A DNA stretch of 64,000 nt from Ignavibacteriales bacterium (GCA_016218025.1 JACRFD010000038.1:136874-200873); one strand, 5' to 3'; numbered from the stretch's first letter, positions 38,258 to 49,074 are shown. Notes: generated from the letters alone by a model not told the origin. Program-made: numbers and translations.

Positions 38258-39346
38258 TTATGACATTTTAATAATTGCTTGTTCAACACGTTTCAATCCT
38301 TCAGCAAAATCAGCTGGTTCGCATCCCAATCCAATGCGGAAAAATTGCGGCATACCGAAGAACCTACCTGGAGTAATGGCGGTTTCGTATTGTTTCAGCA
38401 GTATTTCGGATAAACTGTCTCCATCTATCATCTTTGATCTAATGAATAGCGTTGTTCCAAATCCCGGTGCAACTGTTTCGAGTTCTTCACGACGCTGAAG
38501 AAATTGATCCAATATTAGGTGATTTTTATTAAGTATATCCTTCGACCATGCGGTAATCTTATCTAAATTCTTAAACGCAATAACAGCTAATTGTTCTGCG
38601 GCGTATACATGCTTCACGTAAAACAGGTCATTTAAATGCCACATTTTTTTAATCAAAAGCGGTTCAGCAAAAACATACCCGCATCGAATGCCGCTTATGC
38701 CGTACACTTTTGTTAGGCTGCTGGTAACTATAAAATTATCATCTAAATGAAATGATGATTGTGGCATGAGGTTAAATGCAGAATCAAGATAAACCTCATC
38801 AACGCAAACATAGGCACCAACAGATTTTGCAATCTCTCCGATTTGAAGCAGAGTATCAGGATTGGTATAAACACTGCTTGGATTATGAAGGTTTGTCAAG
38901 ACAATTAGTTTAGTTTTTGAGGATATCTCCTTTTTGATTGAAGAGATATCGATTTGAAAGCCATCTTCAAATCGTCTATTGAATCTTTTAACTTTATATC
39001 CGACATACTCTGCAGCGGAAATAATAAGCTCATATGTCGGGTCTTCTATTAAGATCTCGGCATCAGGTTCAAATAGAATGGATAATACCATATAATTTGC
39101 AAATGATGTGCCTAAAGTTGTGAAGATGTTCTCCGGTTTAACTTTATATTTATCCCCGATTTCATATAACAATGGCTCGTAACCGTAGTGGTGTGAGCCT
39201 GTAAGTTCTAAATCAGAAATATTCACCGGTAATTGTGATAACTTATAGTTCATCAATCCGCTGTTCGCCAAATTATAACGAGCATGGAAATTAGATTTAG
39301 CCCACTGCATATATGGTGAGTGTATAGTACGAGTATATTTAGCCAT
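38258..39346 (-). CDS. PLP-dependent aminotransferase (class I/II fold)
   Basis: 362 aa; overall fold-type I architecture (TNLHNPSSV, CVDEVY, SLTKVYGISGIRCGY with the Lys in SLTK). Confidence 0.7.
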   Translation of the reverse strand: MAKYTRTIHSPYMQWAKSNFHARYNLANSGLMNYKLSQLPVNISDLELTGSHHYGYEPLLYEIGDKYKVKPENIFTTLGTSFANYMVLSILFEPDAEILIEDPTYELIISAAEYVGYKVKRFNRRFEDGFQIDISSIKKEISSKTKLIVLTNLHNPSSVYTNPDTLLQIGEIAKSVGAYVCVDEVYLDSAFNLMPQSSFHLDDNFIVTSSLTKVYGISGIRCGYVFAEPLLIKKMWHLNDLFYVKHVYAAEQLAVIAFKNLDKITAWSKDILNKNHLILDQFLQRREELETVAPGFGTTLFIRSKMIDGDSLSEILLKQYETAITPGRFFGMPQFFRIGLGCEPADFAEGLKRVEQAIIKMS

Positions 39347-39516
39347 TTTATATTTCGGATTAAAGAATAATTATAGAAATCATTAAAATATATTGAATTG
39401 AGTTTGGATAAACAATTTTCAAAAATTGGAATACTGCCGATATTGTCATATATTGTATAAGAACTTCCGGGAGGGATAATGGAAGAATGTAATTATAAAA
39501 ACGAAAGAAACCTACC

Positions 39517-40869
39517 ATGAGATCAGACCTCTTAAAATTAAGCAAGAGTATGATTGCTAATTTAGAAAAACATAATATTATTACGCCTACTGAGATACAA
39601 AAGCAAATTATTCCGGCAATTCAGGCGGGAGAAGATGTCCTTGCACAATCCGAAACCGGTTCCGGTAAGACTTTAAGTTTCGCGATACCGATAATTGAAA
39701 AAATTGAAAGGCAGGATGGATTAAAAGCTCTGATACTCGTTCCTACCAGAGAATTATGCACGCAAATTACAAATGAATTTATAAAATTTTCTCAGGGGAA
39801 ACATCTGGGAATTGTGGCTGTTTATGGCGGAGTCTCGATAAACACTCAGATCAAGAAATTAAAGAAAGTGAATATTATTGTTGCAACACCCGGACGCTTA
39901 TTAGATTTACTAGACCGGAAAGAGGTTGAGCTAACAAAGATACACTATCTTGTTTTTGACGAAGCAGACAGAATGTTAGATATGGGTTTCATACCTGATG
40001 TTGAACGGATTTTAAGGAGGATTCCACAAAAAAAACAGACACTTTTATTCAGCGCAACAGTTTCAAAAGAAATAACCGAGCTTAGCCGGAAATATTTAGA
40101 TAAACCCAAATATGTTTCCTTAGCCAGTGCAGTAAAACCTGAATTTTTAAGGCAAACATATTATCAAACCAGTAATGAATTAAAACTACCGCTCCTGGTA
40201 TCACTTTTAAAACATGAAAGAGATTTAGCGTTAGTGTTTTGTAATCGGAAACATGTAACTGCAAAGTTGGCAAAAACTTTATCTAGGCAGGGGGTTCATG
40301 CTAAATGCCTGCACGGTGATATGTCGCAATCGCAGCGGGAGCGGGCAACCAATGATTTCAGATCTAAAAAGTTTAATGTTCTGATTGCGACTGATGTTGC
40401 TGCACGAGGTTTGCATATTGAAGACATCACGCATGTTTATAATTATGAAATTCCAAAGGATGTCGATTCCTATACTCACCGTGTTGGAAGGACAGCCCGC
40501 GCCGGTAAAAAAGGCGAGGCAATTTCTTTAGTCGCCAATGGTGATGATCAGAAATTTTTTAAACAAATTCTTTTCAAATATAGCGGCGAGATCAGTTTGA
40601 AATTTGTAAATAAATCTGAGCTGCCAGTAATTATTCAACCGCCCAAAACCGACAAAAAACCAAGACATCACCAGCCGCAACCACAGCAGGGGAATCAACG
40701 AAGGGAAAGAGGCAGAAGTCAAAATAAGGAAAAAGGTAATAGACATCAGGAACATGAAAATATTGATAGACAGAAAAAAGATCAAAAATACACGCAAAAG
40801 AATGAGAAGAAACATAAGAAAAACTGGCGTGAGAAGTGGCTCGGTCTAATCGGCAATAATGAGAAGTAA
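39517..40869 (+). CDS. DEAD-box ATP-dependent RNA helicase with long basic/Gln-rich C-terminal tail
   Basis: Q-motif TPTEIQ, AQSETGSGKT, DEAD in VFDEADRML, SAT, HRVGRTARAG; about 80-aa Lys/Arg/Gln/His-rich tail. Confidence 0.9.
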   Translation: MRSDLLKLSKSMIANLEKHNIITPTEIQKQIIPAIQAGEDVLAQSETGSGKTLSFAIPIIEKIERQDGLKALILVPTRELCTQITNEFIKFSQGKHLGIVAVYGGVSINTQIKKLKKVNIIVATPGRLLDLLDRKEVELTKIHYLVFDEADRMLDMGFIPDVERILRRIPQKKQTLLFSATVSKEITELSRKYLDKPKYVSLASAVKPEFLRQTYYQTSNELKLPLLVSLLKHERDLALVFCNRKHVTAKLAKTLSRQGVHAKCLHGDMSQSQRERATNDFRSKKFNVLIATDVAARGLHIEDITHVYNYEIPKDVDSYTHRVGRTARAGKKGEAISLVANGDDQKFFKQILFKYSGEISLKFVNKSELPVIIQPPKTDKKPRHHQPQPQQGNQRRERGRSQNKEKGNRHQEHENIDRQKKDQKYTQKNEKKHKKNWREKWLGLIGNNEK

Positions 40870-40914
40870 TATCCCGTATTAAAATAACAAACAAATATTT
40901 TTAATCTATCGAAT

Positions 40915-43900
40915 TTATTTATCCAGAACCTTTCGCAGTGAAGTAAGTAATAATTCTGAAGTAAATGGTTTCTGAATATGTGCATTCACGCCAACCAGAT
41001 TTGAAGAGAACTCGGAGGGATACATTCTATCGCCGCTCATAGTGATAATTGGAAGATTCGAATTAAATTTTCTAAGAGCTTGAAATAATTCGGCTCCATT
41101 CATAACCGGCATCACCAAATCAAGTATAGCTAAATCGATATAATTTTTGTTCTGGGCGTAAACAGCCATACCTTCAATTCCATCCTTCGCAATATAGACA
41201 CGGTAATTGTATAATTCTAAAGTCTCTTTTAATACATCAAGCACGGATACTTCATCATCAACAATCAAAATACCCTCCCCATTTCCCTGGGGTCTTACGA
41301 GATGATTTTGCCTTGGAATTTCAACCGGTGCCTCTTTGATGGCAGGCAAATATATATTAAAAATAGTCCCTTTACCCATTTCACTTTTTATATTTATGAA
41401 TCCTCCGTGATCTTTGACGATGGTGTGTGTTGTAGATAATCCCAGTCCGGTCCCTTTTCCGATCTCTTTAGTTGTGAAGAACGGATCGAAAACTTTATCG
41501 ATAATGTTTATTGGGATTCCTTCCCCCGAGTCACGAACTGTTAGAATGATATAGGTGCCTTCGTGGGCTTGCAGTTCCATTTGAACGAACTGTTTATCGG
41601 CAACGAAATTATTGACGGAAATTTCAAGCATGCCGCCTTTTGGCATTGCATCGCGGGCATTTACACAAAGATTCATCAATACCTGATTAAGCTGCGTTGC
41701 GTCGGCACTTAATAACCATAGATCTTTTGGAATGTCGGATGAGACTTGGATATTCTTCGGAAACGTTTCATGTACCATGCTCACAGTTTCTTTGATCAGG
41801 TGTTTGATATGAATAGGAGAATGAGTTCCAACTTTTGAACCGCGGGCAAATGTCAATACCTGCTTGATTATATCTCTTCCACGGATTGCGTTTAATTCAA
41901 GTGTGGATAGTACTTTTTGCGATTTCTCATCTTTAGAATTTGCTTTTAGTATATCGATTGCCAGTAAAATAGGAGAGAGCACATTGTTCAGATCGTGTGC
42001 TATACCTCCTGCAAGTGTACCCAAACTTTCCATCCGTTGAGTACGAAGGAATTGTGCCTCTAACGATTTCTTTTCGGTGATGTCGTGTACAAATCCTTCA
42101 TAATAAATTATTTTGCCTTCAGAATCTTTCAATGCATGAGCAGATAATAAAATTGAGATGGGTGAACCGTTTTTCTTTTTCCATAATATTTCAAGATTTG
42201 TTATTTCTCCTGATTCACTATGAGTGTACTTGTTGATTATGTTTTCTCTTTCATCGCTGTTATAATAACAATCTTTGATATTTATTTTCATGAGCTCCTC
42301 AACCGATGGGTATCCGAGCATTGATGCAAGACTTAAATTTGCTGTGAGGAATTGTCCTGCCGGAGTAGATTGGTAAATTCCTAATGGAGCCCATTCTACA
42401 ATATCCTTAAACTTCTTTTCACTTTCATGAAGTGCATTTTCCGCATGCTTGCGTTCTGAAATGTTTCTTTGAATAGCTAAAAAACCTGAAAGATTACCAT
42501 GTTCATCTAAAATCGGATTTGTAGTACCTTCAATATATATAAGCTGGCCGTCTTTAGTGCGGTTAACTAATTCACCTTTGACTGTTTGTTTAGCAAGAAT
42601 CGTTTGCCAGAATGATTGGTAAGCACTGGAATCCATAGTTCCGCTTTTAAGAATGCGCGGTGTTACCTTACCTATTACCTCATTTTTCTGGTAACCATAA
42701 AGACGTGTGAATTCGGGGTTGATATACGTTATAATTCCATCGCGGTCAGTCATGATTATTACTTCACCGCTTGTTTCTACGGCTGACCGTAATTGCATTA
42801 GTGTTTGATCCACAAGTTTTCGTTCTGTTATATCAAGTGCAGTGAAGATCACTCCTTTTGAAAGATCATCAGCAATAATTGGTGTTGAGGCAAGTATGAT
42901 ATTGATAATAGTACCATCTTTTTTGCTCCACCGTGTTTCAACAATGCCGCTGCCTTTTTCTGCAATCTGTTCATATTTAATTTTTCCGACAAATTCGTAT
43001 TCTTCTTCATTCGGATACAGGATTCTTGCATTTTTCCCAATCAGCTCTTCCCGTGAGTAACCCGTCATTGCACATACCTGTGGATTAATTTCCATTAGAA
43101 TTCTGTTGCTAACTACACCGATGCCGGTTGGGGCAACACGGAATATGCTGCGCATCTTTTCTTCACTTATCAATAATGCTTTCTCAGCATTTTTACGCTC
43201 GGTAATATCTCTTGTAACACCCAATAGACTGATCGGTTTTCCTTGAGAATCAAGAATTGGTGCAGCGTGGGTTTCCAACCAGCGTCTGGTTCCATTCAAC
43301 CCTTCAACCTCGAATTCGAGTATACCGCTCTCACCAGATATCACACGCTTATGAAGATTTATGAAAGCAGGACGATATTCTGGGAGAATAAAGTTGATTA
43401 GTTTATGCTTTTGTACTGATTCGAGAGAACTTGCCTCGAGCATTTTTATTCCTGCACGATTCATATCGAGCAGTTCCCCATCCGGGGCTACAATTTTCAC
43501 GCATTCAGGCTCTGTTTCAATTATTGTTTGTAATCTTTTTTCATTATTTATTAACGCGATTTCTGTTTGCTTTTTTTCAAATAACTCAACCTCTAATTTT
43601 TTATGCAACTCAGCATTCAAAATAGCCTGAGACGCATATCTTGCAATGCCATTGTACAATTCGATCTCTAAATCTACGAAATCTCGTTTTACGCCTACTG
43701 TTCCAAGAATTAGTACACCAATGTTATTTCCTTTCCCCTCAAGAGGTATATAGAGGACAGATCTAAGGTTTCTGGCATCAACTATAGATTTTTCTGCGGG
43801 CGTCAAAGTTTCTGTCTTTGTATCGTATAGAATTACAGGCTTTCCTGTGATGAAAGATTTCAGAATATGCGGATGATCGGCAATATTTGCAGATCGATAT

Positions 43901-45702
43901 GCCTCGGGGAAATCGCTTGGAAGCGGGGGAGTTGTTGCTCCAAGATATAAATTTTCTCCCTTTATTAAATAGATAGCCCCGCTGTCGAGACTAAAATATT
44001 TTGCAGCGCTTTGTACAATTTCCTGGAGGACAAGATTTAATTCAAGATGTGAGGTTATATTTTTGCTAACATCAAGAAGTGCTTTGAGATAACTGTTCTG
44101 TTTATTTATTATCGATTCAGATTGTTTACGTTGAGTTATGTCATTCACAATGACTGCGACACCTACAATGTTTCCATCAGAATCTTTTATGGGATTATGA
44201 TTTACCTCAAAGTATAACCGTGTTAACTCTATATCACCGGAAAATGCTTCTCGCGTAAAGGATTCACCTTTTAGGGCAAGGTCGATGTTGGCTTTAGCGG
44301 CTATACGATCTTCATCAACAGTTTGGTACTCCAATAACGATTTCCCGATTTCGATATCAGCACCATATAATATTTTCATAATATTCTTATGGGCTTGATT
44401 GAAACTTGTATAACAATAATTTTTATCAATGGAAAATATGGGACTTGACCCGCTTTCGATAATTCCATGGAGTGTTGCAAATTGTTGAGCGATTATTTCG
44501 TGTGTTCTCTTTTTTTCTGTGATATCTTCAATGCAAACCAAAACCATCCGTTCTTGTGATACATTCACCAGTGATGTAGATATATTGAGCGAGATTTTCT
44601 CCGGTTTTCCGTTATTGTCAAATACCAAATCGGTTTGAACGTCTCTGTGATTCACTCCATTTTGGAACGTATCCAGAACTGAAAGCCGAGTAGGGCATGT
44701 TTGGCATGAAGGTCCAAAACCACATCCTTCTGGAGTATCGAAGCTGTTGAGGCAGCGCAGCGAACTTCCAACCCGAGAGTTTATTATTTCATTTTCAGTC
44801 GATTCTATAAATTTCAGTGCGGCATTGTTTACCTTTCTTATTTTTCTGTCGCCGGTTACCAGCAACATCACGAAAGGAGTATTATCAACTATAGCGTTTA
44901 ATTCTGATTTTGTGTCGCGTAAGTTTATTTCTGCTAATTTTCTTTCGGTGATATCTCTAACGATTGTAATTACTCTTGTAACCTTATTTGCTTCGATAAT
45001 TGGTATTTTCCGTGTCTCGGTACTTATTTGTTGGTCGCCGATTTGATTGATGTCTTCCGTTATAAGGATCTCTCCGGTTTCGAAAACCTGTTGATATTGT
45101 TGACGTATCTTCTCAGATAAGAAAGGGAATAGCTCAAAAATTGATTGACCGATTTCGAAATTCTTTAAACCTAATTTTATAATCCATTTCTGGAAAGTTT
45201 GGTTAATCAGAATTATCCGTAGGTTATCATCAACAACATGAATGGCATCATTTATAGAGTCTATAGTAGTACGATATCTGAGTTCAGATAAATGCAAAGT
45301 TTCCTCAGCGCGTTTACGTTCCGTAATATCGCGGACAATTGCCCACATTCCTTCGTTTTCGTTATCGTCGTTCTTAGACAAAAAAGTTCTCAATTCGACT
45401 GGGAAAATTGTGCCGTCTTTTTTTCGATACTCTTTTTCATAAACGTCTGAATAACCTCGTAAAATAATTTGTTCTCTGATAATCTTGCTTTCTGCTAAGT
45501 GCCATTTTTCGGGGGTGATATCTTTATAAGTGAGACGGCTTAACTCATCTCCTGAATAACCGAGCATATCCTGAAACGACTTATTCGATTCAACTATATT
45601 GCCTTCCATATCGACGAAGGCGAATCCATCCATCATTCCTTGAAGCAAATGGTGGTACATCCCATTTTTATGAGCACTCTTTTGTTCGGTTTTATTTCCC
45701 AT
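40915..45702 (-). CDS. Giant hybrid sensor histidine kinase: about 8 PAS/PAC domains, GAF, HisKA, HATPase_c, C-terminal receiver
   Basis: 1595 aa; repeated RDITERK PAS boundaries, H-box GGIAHDLNNVL, G-box GTGLGLS, receiver LDLVMPVMNG; Cys cluster CLNSFDTPEGCGFGPSCQTC at aa 317-336. Confidence 0.85.
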   Translation of the reverse strand: MGNKTEQKSAHKNGMYHHLLQGMMDGFAFVDMEGNIVESNKSFQDMLGYSGDELSRLTYKDITPEKWHLAESKIIREQIILRGYSDVYEKEYRKKDGTIFPVELRTFLSKNDDNENEGMWAIVRDITERKRAEETLHLSELRYRTTIDSINDAIHVVDDNLRIILINQTFQKWIIKLGLKNFEIGQSIFELFPFLSEKIRQQYQQVFETGEILITEDINQIGDQQISTETRKIPIIEANKVTRVITIVRDITERKLAEINLRDTKSELNAIVDNTPFVMLLVTGDRKIRKVNNAALKFIESTENEIINSRVGSSLRCLNSFDTPEGCGFGPSCQTCPTRLSVLDTFQNGVNHRDVQTDLVFDNNGKPEKISLNISTSLVNVSQERMVLVCIEDITEKKRTHEIIAQQFATLHGIIESGSSPIFSIDKNYCYTSFNQAHKNIMKILYGADIEIGKSLLEYQTVDEDRIAAKANIDLALKGESFTREAFSGDIELTRLYFEVNHNPIKDSDGNIVGVAVIVNDITQRKQSESIINKQNSYLKALLDVSKNITSHLELNLVLQEIVQSAAKYFSLDSGAIYLIKGENLYLGATTPPLPSDFPEAYRSANIADHPHILKSFITGKPVILYDTKTETLTPAEKSIVDARNLRSVLYIPLEGKGNNIGVLILGTVGVKRDFVDLEIELYNGIARYASQAILNAELHKKLEVELFEKKQTEIALINNEKRLQTIIETEPECVKIVAPDGELLDMNRAGIKMLEASSLESVQKHKLINFILPEYRPAFINLHKRVISGESGILEFEVEGLNGTRRWLETHAAPILDSQGKPISLLGVTRDITERKNAEKALLISEEKMRSIFRVAPTGIGVVSNRILMEINPQVCAMTGYSREELIGKNARILYPNEEEYEFVGKIKYEQIAEKGSGIVETRWSKKDGTIINIILASTPIIADDLSKGVIFTALDITERKLVDQTLMQLRSAVETSGEVIIMTDRDGIITYINPEFTRLYGYQKNEVIGKVTPRILKSGTMDSSAYQSFWQTILAKQTVKGELVNRTKDGQLIYIEGTTNPILDEHGNLSGFLAIQRNISERKHAENALHESEKKFKDIVEWAPLGIYQSTPAGQFLTANLSLASMLGYPSVEELMKINIKDCYYNSDERENIINKYTHSESGEITNLEILWKKKNGSPISILLSAHALKDSEGKIIYYEGFVHDITEKKSLEAQFLRTQRMESLGTLAGGIAHDLNNVLSPILLAIDILKANSKDEKSQKVLSTLELNAIRGRDIIKQVLTFARGSKVGTHSPIHIKHLIKETVSMVHETFPKNIQVSSDIPKDLWLLSADATQLNQVLMNLCVNARDAMPKGGMLEISVNNFVADKQFVQMELQAHEGTYIILTVRDSGEGIPINIIDKVFDPFFTTKEIGKGTGLGLSTTHTIVKDHGGFINIKSEMGKGTIFNIYLPAIKEAPVEIPRQNHLVRPQGNGEGILIVDDEVSVLDVLKETLELYNYRVYIAKDGIEGMAVYAQNKNYIDLAILDLVMPVMNGAELFQALRKFNSNLPIITMSGDRMYPSEFSSNLVGVNAHIQKPFTSELLLTSLRKVLDK

Positions 45703-46158
45703 AAATCGTTACCTCCTAAAAATAAATTGAGTGTCAATAAGGATGATAAATTTTATTGAGCGAATTGAACAGAAGAAATTATTATTTAGATAATGTGGAT
45801 AATGGCATGGAACTACATCTATTCTCTTGATCGAAAAGAAGTAGTAAATAGAAATAATAAAAATAATGTATAATAATTCCTGATAATTAATCATAATTGC
45901 GGGCTGTAATAAATTAATGGTATCAGTGAACAAAATTTATAATTGAATATAAAATTGATATGTTAGTATAACAAAAAAGTGAGGTTAATGTCAAATCATT
46001 TTATGTTTTAGTAAAATATTGTAACGGAATTATTTTAACTCATAACTAACCTAAATATACTTGCAAAATTGTTTAATAAATGGCAATTTTAGGTGAATGT
46101 TGCCACATTTTTGAGATGTGTGATTAGGATGGTTCTTAGAATTTTCAGTTTTATCTTG

Positions 46159-49074
46159 TCAATGTGCCTCTAACCAGTTTTTGCCAACACCAACTTCAAC
46201 TTCAATCGGGACGCAAAGTGGAAGTGCATTTTTCATTTCTTCAACAATCAAGCTCTTAGCTCTTGGCTCTTGGTTTTTAAGCACTTCGAATACAAGTTCG
46301 TCATGTACCTGTAATAGCATTTTGGCATTTATATTTTTTTGCGCCGAAGGCGCATCCCTGCCCGTCCGGCAGGCGGGCGCCTCTGGCGGAAATTTTGAAT
46401 TGATTCTTATCATCGCCAGCTTAATCATGTCGGCAGCGGTACCTTGAATCGGCATATTGATTGCTTGCCGCTCTGCATTCCCTCTGATGTTTTGATTACG
46501 GCTATTTATGTCAGGCAAATAACGCCTCCTGCCAAGCAATGTACTTACGTATCCATCTCTCTTCGCTTGTGCGATCGTATCGAAAATATATTGATTCACC
46601 TTTGGGAATCTTTTAAAATACGTGTCAATAATTTCTTTCGCTTCAATCTGCTTGATCTCAAGTCGTGTGGCTAAACCATAAGCGCCAATGCCGTAGATAA
46701 TTCCGAAATTAACCTCTTTTGCTTTACGCCTCATATCTTTTGTTATATCTTCATGTTTAACGCCGAATACTTTGGCGGCGGTTGTTGAATGAATATCTTC
46801 ACCGTTTTTAAAAGCTTCAATCAAACCGGCATCTCCGGAAATATGTGCCATAATTCTGAGTTCAATTTGTGAGTAGTCTGCAGATAAAATAACCATTTGC
46901 TTCTCGCTCGGAATAAATGCACGCCTCATCCTGCTGCCTATTTCGGTACGAATAGGAATATTTTGCAGATTCGGATCACTGCTCGATAATCTTCCCGTCA
47001 AAGCTACGGTTTGATTGTATGAGGTATGTACTTTTCCCGTGTGTGGATTAATCAATGAGGGGAGTGCGTCAACATATGTATTTTTTAATTTCTGCAACTG
47101 TCTATACTCGAGCAAATTTTCTATAATCGGATGTTCATGCTGGATCGTTTCAAGTACACCAACATCGGTTGAAAATCCTGTTTTGGTTTTCCGCACTGTT
47201 CTAAGTTTTAACTTCTCAAATAATATCTTACCGAGCTGTTGAGTTGAATTTATGTTAAACTGCTCGCCGGCATGCTTATAGATTTTGGTTGTTAAATTGT
47301 CAATAGTAAGCTCAAGTTCTTTAGACAGATTGGAAAGGAATTCGGTATCGAGTTTTATGCCGGTCAATTCCATTTTGGAAAGAACTCTAATAAGTGGAAA
47401 TTCCAGATCGTTGCAAAGTGACAACAGTTTATCTTGTTCAAGTTTCTCTTTTAGCTTATTGAAAAGTCTAAAAGTAAAATCGGCATCTTCACAAGAGTAA
47501 TCTGCAACTTGCTCTACAGGGATCCCGCGTATATCCTTTCTTTCTTTTCCTGTTCCGGTTAATTCATCGAAGGAAATCATCTTGTAATGAAGATGTTCAC
47601 TTGCCATAGAATCAAGATTATGGCGGCCGTCGGGACGGAGTATGTAATTTGCGACCATTGTATCAAACATCTCACCTTCAACATGTATACCATGCGATGA
47701 GAGCACCAATATATCATATTTAATATTCTGCCCGATTTTTTTTATTTTTGGATCGGAGAAAATGGGGGAGAGAGAATCTCTCACATAAGAAAGCGGTAAT
47801 CCGACTTTATCGTAGATATGAGATGTTGGATTTGAGATATTAGATGTTGGTTCAGTTGGAGAGGAAAATAAATCGCTTTGTTCTCGGCAGTCAACTCTAT
47901 GCTCACTGCTCTTAGCATTTGGCTCTTTGCTATTAGAGGTACTATCTGATCTTACCGGAATATACCACGCTTCTCCGGCTTTGACCGAGAATGCAATCCC
48001 CACTAATTCTGCTAATAGAGGATTAGTAGAAGTAGTTTCAGTATCGAAAACAACAGCATCGTTTGATTTTAAAATTTTAGTCAGCTTTGTGAGTTCTTTT
48101 TCTGTTTGAACAAGATGGTAAAAATGTTTATCGGTTGATATATCTTGAATATCTGCCGATGGCGTTACGATCTCTGTTTTTATTTCTGATTGAACAATAG
48201 CTCCGGATATTTTTCTCGTTAATCCCTTAAATTCAAGTTCAGTGAAAAGTTGTACAAGTTTTTCTTTATGAAATGGTTTTGCTTCAAGATGGTGTATATC
48301 AACATCTATAGGTACATTACAATCTATCGTTACCAATTCTTTTGAAAGAATGGCTTTGTCTTTATGTTCTATTAATTTTGCTTGTAATCCTTTTTGCGGA
48401 ATATTGTTTATGTTTTTATAAAGACTTTCAATCGTTTTATATTGTTGGATAAGAGGGATGGCGGTTTTTTCTCCAACGCCGGGAATGCCGGGAACGTTAT
48501 CCGATTTATCTCCCGTTAAACCAAGCACGTCTATTACATGTTCAGGCGAAACGCCGAATTTTTCTTTCACTCCTTTTTCATCAACAACTTCCCAATCGTC
48601 TCCTTGTTTGCCCGGCTTGTACATTTTTATGAAAGGGGAGATTAGTTGCATAAAATCTTTGTCGCCTGTAACTAAAAAAGTATTGACCTTTTGCCGTTCA
48701 GCTTTTCGTGCCAGTGTTCCCATTATATCATCTGCTTCATATCCGGGCATCTCTAAGCTTGGAACGTTGAATGCCCTGACGACCTCTTTCAGCTTTTCCA
48801 ATTGGGACGACATATCTTCCGGCATTTTCTGGCGGGTAGCTTTGTACGGTTCATACATTTTATGTCGGAAGGTCGGTTCTTTAGTGTCAAATACCACGGC
48901 AATATGTTCCGGTTTTTCTTCATTTAAAATTTTCATCAGTGTATTGACGAAACCGAAAATAGCGCTCGTATTTTCCCCTTTAGAGTTTATAAGCGGCCTG
49001 CTGATGAAGGAGAAATAAGCCCGGTAGGCGAGAGCCATACCGTCGAGTAAAAATAACCGTTCGCGTGATGCCAT
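46159..49074 (-). CDS. polA: DNA polymerase I
   Basis: 971 aa; 5'-3' exo N-terminus LFLLDGMALAYRAYF, 3'-5' exo FDTETT, pol motifs DYSQIELR, RRKAKEVNFGIIYG, QVHDELVFE; two lineage-specific insertions. Confidence 0.93.
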   Translation of the reverse strand: MASRERLFLLDGMALAYRAYFSFISRPLINSKGENTSAIFGFVNTLMKILNEEKPEHIAVVFDTKEPTFRHKMYEPYKATRQKMPEDMSSQLEKLKEVVRAFNVPSLEMPGYEADDIMGTLARKAERQKVNTFLVTGDKDFMQLISPFIKMYKPGKQGDDWEVVDEKGVKEKFGVSPEHVIDVLGLTGDKSDNVPGIPGVGEKTAIPLIQQYKTIESLYKNINNIPQKGLQAKLIEHKDKAILSKELVTIDCNVPIDVDIHHLEAKPFHKEKLVQLFTELEFKGLTRKISGAIVQSEIKTEIVTPSADIQDISTDKHFYHLVQTEKELTKLTKILKSNDAVVFDTETTSTNPLLAELVGIAFSVKAGEAWYIPVRSDSTSNSKEPNAKSSEHRVDCREQSDLFSSPTEPTSNISNPTSHIYDKVGLPLSYVRDSLSPIFSDPKIKKIGQNIKYDILVLSSHGIHVEGEMFDTMVANYILRPDGRHNLDSMASEHLHYKMISFDELTGTGKERKDIRGIPVEQVADYSCEDADFTFRLFNKLKEKLEQDKLLSLCNDLEFPLIRVLSKMELTGIKLDTEFLSNLSKELELTIDNLTTKIYKHAGEQFNINSTQQLGKILFEKLKLRTVRKTKTGFSTDVGVLETIQHEHPIIENLLEYRQLQKLKNTYVDALPSLINPHTGKVHTSYNQTVALTGRLSSSDPNLQNIPIRTEIGSRMRRAFIPSEKQMVILSADYSQIELRIMAHISGDAGLIEAFKNGEDIHSTTAAKVFGVKHEDITKDMRRKAKEVNFGIIYGIGAYGLATRLEIKQIEAKEIIDTYFKRFPKVNQYIFDTIAQAKRDGYVSTLLGRRRYLPDINSRNQNIRGNAERQAINMPIQGTAADMIKLAMIRINSKFPPEAPACRTGRDAPSAQKNINAKMLLQVHDELVFEVLKNQEPRAKSLIVEEMKNALPLCVPIEVEVGVGKNWLEAH

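Noticed and set aside
46085-46105. tggcaa..ttgcca hairpin as polA terminator (minus strand)
   Set aside because: AT-poor 6-bp stem only, with a weak U-tract; not convincing enough to list.
45703-46158. Searched the long spacers (also 49075-49579 and 61894-62344) for tRNA/tmRNA-like cloverleaf sequences
   Set aside because: No GTTCRANYC T-loop-like motif or acceptor-stem pairing was found; the regions are too AT-rich.
46341-46390. GC-rich block considered as assembly contamination or an rRNA/tRNA fragment
   Set aside because: It maintains the polA reading frame on the minus strand and is flanked by conserved polymerase motifs, so it is a genuine in-frame insertion rather than foreign DNA.
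48458-49018. 186-aa + strand ORF, one of many ORFs of 60-190 aa antisense to large genes (for example 17458-18375 and 42842-43630)
   Set aside because: Fully embedded antisense within polA, the permease and the PAS kinase respectively; biased low-complexity composition; no RBS signals.
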